Shown: piece after piece, positions 38,011 through 51,202 of the stretch
Numbering within the stretch: the first letter of the stretch is position 1
Layout: each line of letters starts with the position of its first letter
NCBI GenBank assembly: GCA_038087875.1
Contig: CM075991.1
Span: 2,852,001 to 2,916,000 of the forward strand
Reading direction: 5' to 3'
DNA length: 64,000 bases
Origin: Malacoraja senta
Lineage: Eukaryota
Program-made: the position numbers and the translations under genes
The notes under the pieces: model-generated
The model's database searches: none
Told to the model about the DNA's origin: nothing
The model's input: only the letters and a program-made list of their open reading frames with translations

Positions 38011-40931
38011 CTACACAAGATTCCCTTGACGGTGCATTTGTAGAAGTTGGTAAGTGTTGATTAAGACATGCCAAACGTCTTTAATCTTCAGTGGAAGCAG
38101 AGGTATGGTGTACTTTCTTAGTTGTAGCCTTCAATGTGGTTGGTGCAGGACAAATATGTTAACGATATCTGTGCTAGGGACTTGAAGCTCGCGCCCATCT
38201 CCACTTTAGCACTATTGACACTGATTGGGCATGTGCACCACCTCATCCTCATTTCCTGAAGACAATAACTAGCTCCTTCGTCTTGCCCCCGAGTCCGGGA
38301 AACATTCTAATAAATCTTTTCTGCACCCTTTTCAGCTTAATAGCATCTTTCCCATTATAGGGTGAACTGACCACAATACTCTAATGTGGCCTCACCAATG
38401 TATTGGACAATTCTAACATCATCTTCCAACTCTAGCTCCTTTTTGTGCTCTGTCTCATCGTTGTTCGAAATCCGAATCTCAACCCGAAACGTCACTACGA
38501 TGGTGTCAACTACAAACTTGTAAATGCAGTTAGAGCAGAATTTGGCCACATATTCATGAATGCATAGAGAATATAGTATGGGGCCGAGTATGCATCCTTG
38601 CGGGGCTCCAGTAGTGAGAATATCAGGGAAGATGTTTTATTGTCTCTCCGCACTGATTGCGGTCTATGGGTCAGGAAGGAGAGGATCCAGTGGCAGGTGT
38701 TGGCTCCCAGGGGTTGAAGATGAGTTTGGTTGGTATTGAGGTGTTGAAATAGGATTCAGGCAGACGTAGGTTTCCTTGTTATCCAGATGTTCCAGCAATG
38801 ATGCAGGACCAGGGAGCTGACATCTGCTGTGAACATTTGTGGCGGTAGGTGAGGTGCAGTTTATCAATGAAGTCTGGGAGGCTGAGGTTAACGAGCCTCT
38901 CGAAGCACTGCATGATCATGGATGTCAAGACCACTGCATGGTGGTCATTAAGGCAAGCTACAGTTCTTGAAGCAGGTGGGAACCGCAGAATGGAGGAGTA
39001 TGGAGAGGTTAAAGATGTCCACTGTTACTCCTCACAGGTTTCCAGGCCAAGGCCGGACACTCCGTTAGGACCAGTCAGGAAGGCCAAACTGTGATAGTGA
39101 CTATGGGTATAAGTGCACTCCAAGCTGTCATTCCACCAACCCTCTGTCTGAAGAAGGGTCTCGACCCGAAACGTCACCTATTCCTTCGCTCCATAGATGC
39201 TGCCTCACCCGCTGAGTTTCTCCAGTTTATCTACCTTCGATTTTTCCAGCATCTGCAGTTCTTTCTTAAACAACCCTCTGTTTATACAGGCTTTGAGCTC
39301 GATGGGAATGGACATGTTGAATCACAATACTGCACAACTTCACTTTGTAGCCCCTTATAGTATGTCGGCCCAACCTCAAACGGCAGAAGTCCACATGGTT
39401 TTACTGGGGCTCTAGCTTCCCTCTTGACATCCTTGATGGCTTTGCTAAAGTTGTATGGAGATCTCTAGTTTGGTTCAGGATTGTTTGATTTGAACGCTCA
39501 CAGGTAGTGGTGTGGGAGGTAACTAGTCTGTGGCTTTGTAATGGACACTGGTCGCAAAGCAATTCCCCAAAATGGAGATGGAAAATTTGAATAAGGGAAG
39601 AGTCAGAGCCAAGCCAGATGAAAGTGAAGGTTGGGTAGCAAGTGGCAGCTCAGATGATGAAACCGCTGGAAGCTGCACCAACACAAACATGAATATACCA
39701 GAAAATCAGATAAGCAACTGAAAAATGAAATGCCCCACACAATCCACAGAGAAATAGGAATAGATTGATCCAAGAGGAATTCCCATAGCCATACCTTTGA
39801 TTTTTTTTTAAACCCGATGAGTTGGCGTAGAGGAGAAGATCGGGAGCAGAGGAACATTGGTTAGTTCTGCTCAAGTGAGAAGCAAAGTGCCCTCAGGTCA
39901 CCCTGGTGTGAGATGGTGGTATAGAGTGAGTAGGGATCCATGGTGCTGGCTTGGCCAGGAAACATTACTGGGCTAAAGGCCTCCTCCTTATTGGAACCTT
40001 CTTGTAATTGATTACAATATTTCTGTGCTACTGAACTGCTCAAGCAACCCCACGATGCCCGGATCAATACTTAAACCACCATTCTACCTCTTATCCGGAC
40101 CATTCCCCAGATACAATCCTCTGTTCTCTTATCCAAGGAACATAAACACAAACAGATATGACAGACGAGTGTTTTTTTTCCATTAATCGGCAAGACCACG
40201 GAGCATTATTGAACATTCTACTCTTACCGACCAGAACGGTTCACAATTGCAGTCATTCGGGAACATAAATATAATTCTCAATTTCTACTCCACCAATGGT
40301 TTTCTTACAGTCCTCTCTCTCCCTGTCTTCTCCATCCTTGGCTCCCATTACAGGTTTGAAATGCTCTTTTTTTTAATCACGCAGATGGAAATCATTGTGT
40401 GGGAAGGAACTGCAGGTGCTGGTTTAAACCGAAGATAGAAACAAAAAGCTGGAGTAACTCCGCGGGACGGGCAGCATCTCTGGAGAGAAGGAATGGGTGA
40501 TGTTTTTGGTTGAGACCCTTCTTCAGAGATCATTGGTAAGTTCCCTCTACTCATGGCCAAATATGACAATAGACAATTGGTGCAGGAGTAGGCCATTCGG
40601 CCCTTCGAGCCAGCACCTCTCGATTAAATCAATATTATGGTCAAAGTTCTAGTATTCTTACCAAATCTAACCAAACTTATTTTTATCATTTACTCACATA
40701 TTAATACTTATGTACTCACCTATTTATCTTCATCCAGTACTCAGATTCATCTTAAACAATGAGACCAGATTTCTGCTTGCTTGATGCTATTCTCATATAA
40801 TTGTCAACCATCCAAGCTGTTTATTAATATTGTTTGTGATTCGTCTTCCGAAGAGAATGATTGATCCCCTTCAATTCTGCCTTCATCACCGCTGTCCTTG
40901 AAATATCCAGCCCTTTGTTGCCCCATCCCCA

Positions 40932-41505
40932 ACAGGGCCCTGGTGAGACCACACCTGGAGTATTGTGTGCAGTTTTGATCTCCTAGGTTGAGGAAGGACA
41001 TTCTTGCTATTGAGGGAGTGCAGCGTAGGTTCACCAGGTTAATTCCTGGGATGGCGGGACTGACTTATGATGAAAGAATGGATCAACTGGGCTTATATTC
41101 ACTGGAATTTAGAAGGGTGAGAGGGGATCATAGTAACATGTCAAATTATTAAAGGATTGGACTGGCTCGATGCAGGAAAAATGCTCCCGATGTTGGGGGA
41201 GTCCAGAACCAGGGGTCACAGTTTAAGAATGAGGGATAGGCCATTTAGAACTGAGATGAGGAAACACTTTTTCACCCAGAGAGTTGTGAATCTGTGGAAT
41301 TCTCTGCCACAGAAGGCAGTGGAGGCCAATTCACTGGATGTTTTCAAGAGAGAGTTAGATGTAGCTCTTCGGGTTAACGGAATAAGGGATATGGGGTGAA
41401 AGCATGAACGAGGTACTGATTCTGGATGATCCGCCATGATCATATTGAATGGTGGTGCTGGCTCAAAGGGCCGAATAGCCTACTCCTGCACCTATTTTCT
41501 ATGTT
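40932..41505 (+). mobile_element. CR1 LINE 3' fragment
   Basis: ORF2 C-terminus and 3' UTR. Confidence 0.88.
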
Positions 41506-41933
41506 GCTCTTTTCCCTCTTTCAGCCCGTCAAATTCATACCTAACTTTCCTGGAGTCAGGATTCTTCCCCACCACAGAGTCAAAGTAGCTCTGGTTATAT
41601 TCACTCAGGACATCTTATATGATTCTGTCAAAGACAATCTAATCCTCTTTGTTCTTTTCAACTTCTGCAACTTTTGACCATCGTTTGTTGCCACCATTGC
41701 CCATCTAGTGGAAATGTGCTTATCTAAGCTGTTCCAGCCGGAGAATTGTCAGCAATGGTTCCTCTGCACTAACTAACAGTAACTAAGTGGGCCAGGCACC
41801 ATCTCTAGAGGACATGCATAGACGACATTCAGACTGGAGTCTTAAGAAGGGTCTTGATTTGAAACCTCACCTACCCATGTCCACCCGAGATACTGTCTGT
41901 CCTGCTGAGTTACGCCACCACTTTGTGTTCTTT

Positions 41934-42660
41934 TTTCTTCTTTTTTATGTTTATTTTATTAGAAGCAATTGTACAAGAATAAAGTAATCGGCATAACAAT
42001 TATACAATTTTCGTACAGCTTCATTTTTAACATTTTATGTATTGATTCCTGAAACGGAAAGAAAATTAAAAAGGAAAGAATGAAGAAAAAGGAGAATGAA
42101 ACAAAAAAGAGAGAAGAAAAGACCCCTGAACTACCAAAGAAGTGCGAGAAGAGAAAGAAAAAGAAAAAAGAAAAAAAAGAAAAAAACGGAGATATGTCCC
42201 ACTATCCTTCCCTTCCCCCCCAACCCCCCTCCCCACCCCCCCCCCCCCAGCCCGCTCACCCATCCCAAGCATCGGTTTTTAATTTGTGTTCAACCATTCT
42301 ATTGTTGAAGAAATTCAGTGAAAGGAGACCATGTTTTTGGAGAATTGGTCTGATTTATCAGCCAAAACAAGCCTAATGATTTCTAAATGTCGTGTCTCGG
42401 TCATTTCAGTGATCCACATCTTCACTGTGGGAACTGTTATCTTTTTACAGAATTTGAGTATACGTTTTTTCGCCGTTATTAAGCCGTAGTCAAGGAAACG
42501 TCTTTGGAATGTCGTTAACTTAGAACAGCCCTCTGACATTCATAAAATTATTAGTTTTGCATCTGAATCCAGTTGAATTTTAAGTGTTTTAGAGATGATA
42601 TTGAATATTCCCATCCAGAACTTTTGTATTTTTATACAGGATGCGAAGGAATGGGTTACG
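41934..42660 (-). mobile_element. L1/Tx1-like LINE 3' fragment with 13-bp TSD
   Basis: ORF2 tail ...AKKRILKFCK...PTVKMWITEM...; CTTTGTGTTCTTT at 41921 and 42661. Confidence 0.78.
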
Positions 42661-43437
42661 CTTTGTGTTCTTTAAACTACTTTGACTCTCAGTTCATTTA
42701 AAAGTTACCAACTTTGTTTCCCCTGCTGCCTATTTTTTTCATTCTTTATAATATTTTCCCGCTATCCTCATTATTCTGGGATCTTGTGAACTATATATTT
42801 TAGCAATTCAGCATTGGATTGGATATTAAAGAGAGTATTGGCTATAGAAAGGAATAGGAATATGAGCAAAATATATTCAATATCCTGCCTTCAAATAAAT
42901 ATATTCCACTAATCTTTTGGGCTATGGAATTAGGAACAGCACTTCATACAGTATTTCACTTGGGCAGCTTACACCTCAGCAGTATGAGTATTGATTGTTC
43001 TAATTTCAATTGCAACCCTTACATTCCCTCTCTCTCTCCACCCCTCCCCCACTCTAGCCATCACTGTCTGTATCCACTCCTTTCACTTTTTTTACAGCCA
43101 ACAATGGACCATTGTGGGCTCTACCTTGATCATCGCTGCTGGCTTTGATTTGTACTTTTCATACCTTTCATTCATTTGTTCTTTGTACCTTTTCCTACCT
43201 CTAGTTTCTCTTTCCCCTGACTCTCAGTCTGAAGAAGGGTCTCGACCCTTCCTTTTCTCCAGAGATGCTGCCTGACCCGCTGAGTTACTCCAGCATTCTG
43301 TGCCTATCATCAATATTATCAGGCAGCTAAAGCAATGAGTTGTGCAAATACAAGATTTGATTGTTTTGATGCAGGTGTGGATATTAATGGCAGATTTTTT
43401 ATACTCTGTTTATCAGGCTAACACAGCTTATTCTGAT

Positions 43438-43910
43438 TAGACAATAGACAATAGACAATATGTGCAGGAGTAGGCCATTTGGACCTTCGAGCCAGCACCG
43501 CCATTCAATGTGATCATGGCTGATCATCCCGAATCAGTACCCCGTTCCTGCCTTCTCCCCATATCTCCTGACTCCACCATTTTTAAGAGCCCTATCTAGC
43601 TCTCTCTTGAAAGCATCCAGAGAACCGGCCTCCACCGTCCTCTGAGGCAGACAATTCCACAGACTCACAACTCTGTGTGAAAAAGTGTTTCCTCGTCTCC
43701 ATTCTAAAGGGCTTGCTCCTTATTCTTAAACTGTGGTCCCTGGTTATGGTCTCCCCCAACATGTTTCCTGCCTCTAGCGTGTCCGAGCCCTTAACAATCT
43801 TATATGTTTCAATAAGATCCCTCTCATCCTTCTAAACTCCAGAATGTACAAGCCCAGCCGCTCCATTATCTCAGCATATGACAGTCTCGCCATCCCGGGA
43901 ATTAACCTTG
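43438..43910 (-). mobile_element. CR1 LINE 3' fragment
   Basis: Reverse complement of a CR1 ORF2 end with (TCTATTG)n tail. Confidence 0.85.
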
Positions 43911-43974
43911 TAATTATCTAATAATTATTTTTTTAGAGTGTGCTGACAGTTATTCAGTAGAAGAATTTTTCTAC

Positions 43975-44137
43975 CTGAGCCATCTGGAGTTGAAAGTACA
44001 TAAGTGGGTAACATCTTCACACTGGCTGTTTCATGGGTTTCCAGTCGGAGACCTTTCTCCATCTCCTGCTGTATTCGCCGTTTCACTTCCAGGAGCTCTT
44101 CCTTCCGGAGTTGAAATTCCGATAAAATTTGTTGCAC
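43975..44137 (-). CDS. GCK: Glucokinase exon 2 (163 nt)
   Basis: TAG|GTG...[62 protein letters not shown]. Confidence 0.95.
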
Positions 44138-44236
44138 CTACGAGAGAACAGACCATGCAGTTTATGAAGGAGCAGGTACAGCATATGCTTATGCACGTGG
44201 TACACTACGCCATTCACAAGTTGTGTTAATATGGTA

Positions 44237-44881
44237 CAGGTCCACCACCGATTTTCCAGCAACTGGTGGTCCGGCAACTCCAGTAATCCGAACAAACTTA
44301 CCCAAAATCCCCCTTGGAAGTAACGCTGAAAATGTGGCATCTCGGCCGGGTGAGGCGGCCGATCTCGACCTCATTTGGACTTCCAATGCCGGACTTCCGA
44401 TCGGCAGGTCGAAATTGACCCCTGCAGCCGGGGCTCTGGAACTCCGGGCCGGTGGGAGCGGATGGATCCGTTGCCAAAGCCGACTGCATAGGTTTGTGTC
44501 TATCTTCGGTTTAAACCAGCATCTGCAGTTCCTTCCTACACATTTCACATCCCGGCAGCCTAGGTGGAACATTCGGGTACCATTGCTACTCGTCCTTATG
44601 CATTTTCGGCGGATTCAGCAAATCTCCGGTCGGAACGGTGGCAGTCCCACTGGGAAAGCTGCGCATCAGCCCCCCAGCGTTAACTGGCACCCGGGCAGCT
44701 GTAAAATTAATTTACACTTAATATGTTTTATTTAAGTCTCTAGCAGAGACACCGGAGGAGTGTAATTAATGGATCAGAGATGAATTGTTATCATTATTAT
44801 GTGACCTCTGTTGGCCCGGCAAAATGGATAATATGGCAAGGCTCTGGAACCAAGGGTGCCAGAAAATCAGTGGTGGTCCTG
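44237..44881. mobile_element. Tc1/mariner-pogo (Tigger-like) MITE
   Basis: TA|CAGGTCCACCACCGATTTTCCAGCA...GCCAGAAAATCAGTGGTGGTCCTG|TA: TA TSD, CAG termini and ~24-bp imperfect TIRs. Confidence 0.75.
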
Positions 44882-45514
44882 TAATTCCCAGAAAGGGACA
44901 AAATGCCTATTGTGTGTGTGTGTTTTTCTGTAGCAATCTCCATGTTGTTTTTCTTAGTGCCATATTATCTGAATGGTGTCAAGTTGGGAAAAGGGGAAGT
45001 ACAACGGGATCTGGGGGTCCTCATGTTGGCCTTCATAACAAGAGGAGTCGGGTATAGGAGCAAAGAGGTCCTTTTGCAGCTGTATAGGGCCCGTTATGAG
45101 ACCACACCTGGAGTATTGTGTGCAGTTTTGGTCCCCTAATTTGAGGAAGGACATCTATATTACTAAAACTAAGATCTTGACCGCTTTCGACTTTTTATTT
45201 TGTGATTTCTGAGAGAACGCTGCCACTTACAGCCGTCAATTTTGGTCACCTCGTTCAGAGCCCCCCTCCGCTGCATTGGACTGGAGGATTTTTCCCACCG
45301 AAGAAAAATCAGAGATTTATTAATGTTTTAAAAATTTCGCCATTCTCTCTGCTGCCCCCGCTGGCGGCAGGGGGAGGGACTAAAAACCCGGAAGTGTCAT
45401 GCCTCACTCAGTCTCTGCGAGACGGAGGAAGCGAGAGGGTCATGGCTCACGGCTCTCTGAGCTGTGAATAACACTGAACGCACGTCTACTCTACGGTGAG
45501 TCCCCTGGATGTGG

Positions 45515-46055
45515 TTTTCAGAAAATGTGTTTGTTGGCTTGCAAAGTGTTTTTGCCCAATTGGCTTGGCTTTTAAAGGGCTTTCAGAAAATGTGTTTTGT
45601 TGGCTTGCAAAGTGTTTTTGACTAATTGGCTTGGCTTTTAAAGGGCTTTCAGCAAATGTGTTTTATTGGCTTGCAAAGTGTTTTTGCCCAATTGGCTTGG
45701 CTTTTAAAGGGCTTTCAGAAAATGTGTTTTGTTGGCTTGCAAAGTGTTTTTTCCCCAATTGGCTTGGCTTTTAAAGGGCTTTCAGAAATGTGTTTTGTTG
45801 GCTTGCAAAGTGTTTTTGCCCAATTGGCTTGGCTTTTAAAGGGCTTTCAGAAAATATGTTTTGTTGGCTTGCAAAGTGTTTTTGCCCAATTGGCTTGGCT
45901 TTTAAAGGGCTTTCAGAAAATGTGTTTCGTTGGCTTGCAAAGTGTTTCTGCCCAATTGGCTTAGCTTAAAAGCCTTTAAAAAGGGCTTTCAGAAAATGTG
46001 TTTCGTTGGCTTGCAAAGTGTTTGCCCAATTGGCTTGGCTTTTAAAGGGCTTTCA
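45515..46055 (+). repeat. 66-bp minisatellite, ~8 copies (a further ~3.3 copies at 48447-48670)
   Basis: Unit TTGGCTTGGCTTTTAAAGGGCTTTCAGAAAATGTGTTTTGTTGGCTTGCAAAGTGTTTTTGCCCAA; 22-aa periodicity in the ORF track. Confidence 0.93.
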
Positions 46056-46571
46056 ACAGTTTTCGGATGGATAAAGCATGAATAAACATTTTTATTAGAT
46101 CAGGACTGTGTTTAATAGCAAAATTGGCGCTCATTACGTGTCTTCCACTTAGTGGCAAGATGGTGCCGATGATGTCATTTCCGGATAGCGGCAAGATGGC
46201 GCTGAGTGCGTCATTTCCGGTTCGTGGCAAGATGGCGCTGACTGCAGAAGGCATAGAGTGAAGATGTCGTTGAATAATTCAAGAGAGCTGACTGTTCTGT
46301 CTATGGTGAGTGTGTTTGTTGGACGTTATGTATCTCTGTCTATGTGTGTGTGTGTGTGTGTGTGTGTCTTTGTGTGTGTGTGTGTGTCTGTGTGTGAGTG
46401 TGTGTCTGAGAGTCTGTGTGTGTGTGTGTATAGGGTTGTTGCACGTAGGGTCTCCAGGTGAAAGGGCTTGACGAACAGAACCGCTCAATCCATCTGGAGG
46501 ACATCGCAGCTTCTGGTATATGTTGTTAATACATGAAACGCGTATTTTCCTACCTGCTAAAAACCGCCCAA

Positions 46572-46790
46572 ATTGTGATTTTTTGCGCTGTAAATAATTG
46601 TGGACATCGGGATAACCGTGAGAGACATCTATCCTATTTTCGAATTCCAAAAGTGAAGAGAAATGAAGGTAAAGAGAAGCAAGAGCTGAAGAGACAACAA
46701 CAGCTAAAGTGCTTGGCGAACATTGGCCGTGCAGATATCGAGATTGAAAATATTGGGAATTACCACGTTTGCTCACTGCATTTCATCAAG
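46572..46790 (+). pseudogene. THAP (C2CH zinc-finger) domain fragment carried in the Helitron; second copy at ~49365-49580
   Basis: CAVNNC...SYFRIP...KCLANIGR...VCSLHFI matches the THAP pattern C-x4-C...FxxP...W...R...VCSxHF, with the Trp replaced by Cys. Confidence 0.75.
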
Positions 46791-48446
46791 GCATTATATG
46801 TGTTTTTTCTTGATTCCTTTGGTATCTAAAGTTTCAGGAGTGATAAATCTGGCTGTAAAATCTTTAAATCGCTCATGGTTTATGAAGTGGGTTTTTACAT
46901 GCAAAAAGAAAACTCTTCTGAAGCTAAATTTATCATTAAAAAAATCTCCAAATTTACGAGTGGTGTGTGGAAAGTAAGTTTTCTATCTTTATGGTATTGA
47001 GGTATATTTTGGCAAATAATAAAATGTCCTGACAGCTTAAACACCCACTCCCTTTCAATAGGATATTGTCAATTTGCTGAGGTTGATTATGTCCAATTAG
47101 CAGCTAACAATTATGCCATTGCTTGGCTTGCATCTGAGTAAAATGTAATTCAAAACCCATGTACGGTTTGCGATTTTTTAAAAGGATACTGCCAGCCCAT
47201 CAGCTGTGAGTGACTGAACTGCCAGCCCACCAGCCGTGAGTGACTGCACTGCCAGCCCACCAGCCGTGAATAAGTGAACTGCCAGCCCAATAATCCATTC
47301 AGTCCATCCACTCCCCCTTCTCTCTCACAGAGACTGTTTTGGGCAGAATTTCTGGCAGTTTCTCGGCTGCCAGCCTGCGAGGTCCGAGTGACTGTACTGC
47401 CAGGCCTCATTGACTGAGCTGCCTGGCCACAGTGACTGAGCTGCCTGGCCTCAGTGACTGAGCTGCCAGCCCAATAATTCATTCGGCCCACAATGTCCAT
47501 ACTAGCCCTCTGGAAACCAGTCCCTTCGGCCCACAACACCCATACAAGCGCAACAGAATGTCCCCCCCCCCTCACTGGCCAGCAATATTGGAATTGGTGG
47601 AGAGGTGAAATATTGCGTTGGATGACCAGCCCTCCAGTGTGATGCTGGGACCCAACGGGTCCCACTTAGTCTAGTTATTGCTATTGAGGGAGTGCAGCAT
47701 AGCTTGACAAGGTTAATTCCCAGGATGGTGGGACTATCATATGCTGAGAGAATGGAGCAGCTGGGCTTGTATACTCTGGAGTTTAGAAGGATGGACTGGG
47801 ATCTTATTGAAACATTTAAGATTATTAAGGGTTTGGACACGCTAGAGGCAGGAAACATGTTCCAGATGTTGGGGAAGTCCAGAACCAGGGGCACAGTTTA
47901 AGAATAAGGGGTAAGCCATTTAGAACGAAGATGAGGAAACACTTTTTCACACAGAGAATTGTGAGTCCGTGGAATTCTCTGCCTCAGATAGCGGTGAAGG
48001 CCAGTTCTCTGGATACTTTCAAGGGAGAGCTAGATCGGGCATTTAAAGATAGCGGAGTCAAGGGATGTGGGGAGAAGGCAGGAATGTGCTACTAATTGGG
48101 GATGATCAGCCATGATCACATTGAATGGCGGTGCTGGTTTGAAGGGCCGAATGGCCTACTCCGGCACCTATTGCCTATTGTCATATATTTTCCCAGTTCC
48201 AATATTTACCTATTGAAAGTACAAGCGTTCATTACCTCAATTAATTTATTTTAAAGGGATACAGCATGGAAACAGGCCTTTCAGCCCACAATGACCATCG
48301 ATCACCTGTTCACTATGTTATCCCACTCTCTACAAAGTCAGGGCATTTTTGTTTTACAGAGGCCAATTAACCTAAAAAAATGACACATCTTTGGGATAGG
48401 GGAAGAAAACCCAAACACCCGGAGGAGACCAATATGGTCAAGGGGA

Positions 48447-51202
48447 TTGGCTTGGCTTTTAAAGGGCTTTCAGAAAATGTGTTTTGTTGGCTTGCAAAGT
48501 GTTTTTGCCCAATTGGCTTGGCTTTTAAAGGGCTTTCAGAAAATGTGTTTTGTTGGCTTGCAAAGTGTTTTTGCCCAATTGGCTTGGCTATTAAAGGGCT
48601 TTCGGAAAATGTGTTTTGTTGGCTTGCAAAGTGTTTTTGCCCAATTGGCTTGGCTTTTAAAGGTCTTTCAACAGTTTTCGGATGAATAAAGCATGAATAA
48701 ACATTTTATTAGATCAGGACTGTGTTTAATTGCAAAATTGGCGCTCATTACGTGACTTCCGCTTAGTGGCAAGATGGTGCCGATGACGTCATTTCCGGAT
48801 AGCGGCAAGATGGCACTGAGTGTGTCATTTCCGGTTCGTGGCAAGATGGCGCTGACTGCAGAAGGCACAGAGTGAAGACGTCGTTGAATAATTCAAGAGA
48901 GCTGACTATTCTGTCTATGGTGAGTGTGTTTGTTGGACGTTATTTAAAGCACGTTTTTGCTTCAGCAGCAGCCTCGACAGGAGGCTTTAAATGTTTGAAT
49001 CATTCGGTTTAGACACTGTATGTTCACCACGTTCTGAAGTTACTTGGCATTTTAGCATTGGTTGTGTATGAGTGCGTCTGTGTGTGTGTGTGTGTGTGTG
49101 AATGAGCCTGTGTGTCTCTGTGTGTGTATCTCTGTCTGTGTGTGTGTGTGTGTGTGTGTCTTTGTGTGTGTGTGTGTGTCTGTGTGTGAGTGTGTGTCTG
49201 AGAGTCCGTGTGTGTGGGTATAGGGGGGTTGCACGTAGGGTCCCTGGGTGAAGGGGCTTGACGAACGGAACCGATCAATCCATCTGGAGGACATCGCAGC
49301 TTGTGGTATATGTTGTTAATACACAAAACGTGTATTTTCCTACCTGCTAAAAACCGCCAAAATTTTGATTTTTTTCGCTGTAAATAATTGTGGACAACGG
49401 GGTAACCGTGAGAGACATCTATCCTATTTTCGAATTCCAAAAGTGAAGAGAAATGAAGGTAAAGAGAAGCGAGAGCTGAAGAGACAACAACAGCTAAAGT
49501 GCTTGGCGAACATTGGCCGTGCAGATATCGAGATTGAAAATATTGGGAATTATCACGTTTGCTCACTGCATTTCATCAACAGTAAGGCATTATATGCGTT
49601 TTTGCTTGATTCCTTTGGTATCTAAAGTTTCAGAAGTGATAAATCTGGCTGTAAAATCTTTAAATTGCCCATGGTTTATGAAGTGGGTTTTTACATGCAA
49701 AAAGAAAACGCTTCTGAAGCTAAATTTATCATTAAAAAAATCTCCAGACTTACGAGTGGTGTGTGGAAAAGTAAGTTTTCTATCTTTATGGTAATGAGGT
49801 ATATTTTGGCAAATAATAAAATGTCCTGACAGCTTAAACACCCACTCCCATTCAATAGAATATTGTCAATTTGCTGAGGTTGATTATGTCCAATTAACAG
49901 CTAACAATTATGCCATTGCTTGGCTTGCATCTGAGTAAAATGTAATTCAAAACACACGTACGGTTTGCTATTTTTTTAAAGGATACTGCCAGCCCATCAG
50001 CTGTGAGTGACTGAACTGCCAACCCACCAGCCGTGAGTGACTGCACTGCTAGCCCACCAGCCGTGAGTAAGTGAACTGCCAGCCCAATAATCCATTCAGT
50101 CCATCCTCTCCCCCTTCTCTCTCACAGAGACTGTTTTGGGCAGAATTTCTGGCAGTTTCTCAGCTGCCAGCCTGCCTGGTCCGAGTGAGTGTACTACCAG
50201 GCCTCAGTGACTGAGCTGCCAGCCCAAGAATTCATTCAGCCCACAACGTCCATACTAGCCCTCTGGAAACCAGTCCCTTCGGCCCAAAACACCCATACAA
50301 GCGCAATAGAATGCCCCCCACCTCACTGGCCAGCAATATTGGAATTGGTGGAGAGGTGAAATATTGCGTTGGGTGACCAGCCCTCCAGTGTGATGCTGGG
50401 ACCCAACGGGTCCCACTTAGTCTAGTTATTGCTGTTGAGGGAGGGAGTGCAGCGTAGTTTGACAAGGTTAATTCCCAGGATGGCGGGACTATCATATGCT
50501 GAGAGAATGGAGTGGCTGAGCTTGTATACTCTGGAGTTTAGAAGGATGAACTGGGATCTTATTGAAACATATAAGATTATTAAGGGTTTGGACACGCTAG
50601 AGGCAGGAAACATATTCCAGATGTTGGGGAAGTCCAGAACCAGGGGCCACAGTTTAAGAATACGGGGTAAGCCATTTAGAACAAAGATGAGGAAACACTT
50701 TTTCACACAGAGAATTGTGAGTCCGTGGAATTCTCTGCCTCAGATGGCGGTGAAGGCCAGTTCTCTGGATACTTTCAAGGGAGAGCTAGATCGGGCATTT
50801 AAAGATAGCGGAGTCAAGGGATGTGGGGAGAAGACAGATATGTGGTACTAATTGGGGATGATCAGCCATGATCACATTGAATGGCGGTGCTGGCTTGAAG
50901 GGCCGAATGGCCTACTCCTGCACCTATTGTCTATTGTCATATATATTCCCAGTTCAAATATTTACCTATTGAAAGAAGAAGCATTCATTACCTCAATTAA
51001 TTTATTTTAAAGGGATACAGCATGGAAACAGGCCTTTCAGCCCACAGTGACCATTGATCACCTGCTCACTATGTAATCCCACTCTCTATAAAGTCAGGGC
51101 ATTTTTGTTTTACAGAGGCCAATTAACCTAAAAAAATCACACATCTTTGGGATAGGGGAAGAAAACCCAAACACCCGGAGGAGACCAATATGGTCAAGGG
51201 GA
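48447..51202 (+). repeat. Second copy of a ~2.7-kb tandem duplication (first copy ~45830-48446)
   Basis: Minisatellite, motif repeats, (TG)n, THAP fragment, Helitron 3' end (CTAG at 50421-50424), CR1 3' end and SINE recur in order; junction ...GGTCAAGGGGA|TTGGCTTGG. Confidence 0.92.

Larger units (their letters stand above)
45154..47674 (+). mobile_element. Non-autonomous Helitron inserted in a CR1
   Basis: Starts TCTATATTACTAAAA and ends with hairpin TGGGACCC-AAC-GGGTCCCA (47646-47664) then CTAG. Inserted between A and T of the CR1 sequence GAAGGACA|TTATTGCTATTGAGG with no TSD. Confidence 0.9.

Noticed and set aside
45515..46055. CRISPR-like array or repetitive protein ORFs (LAWLLKGFQKMCFVGLQSVFAQ)n
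   Set aside because: Contiguous 66-bp units without unique spacers; the ORFs are a by-product of a unit length divisible by three
46279..46776. His/Thr-rich ORFs (also 49024-49566)
   Set aside because: Translations of (CA)n microsatellites inside the Helitron
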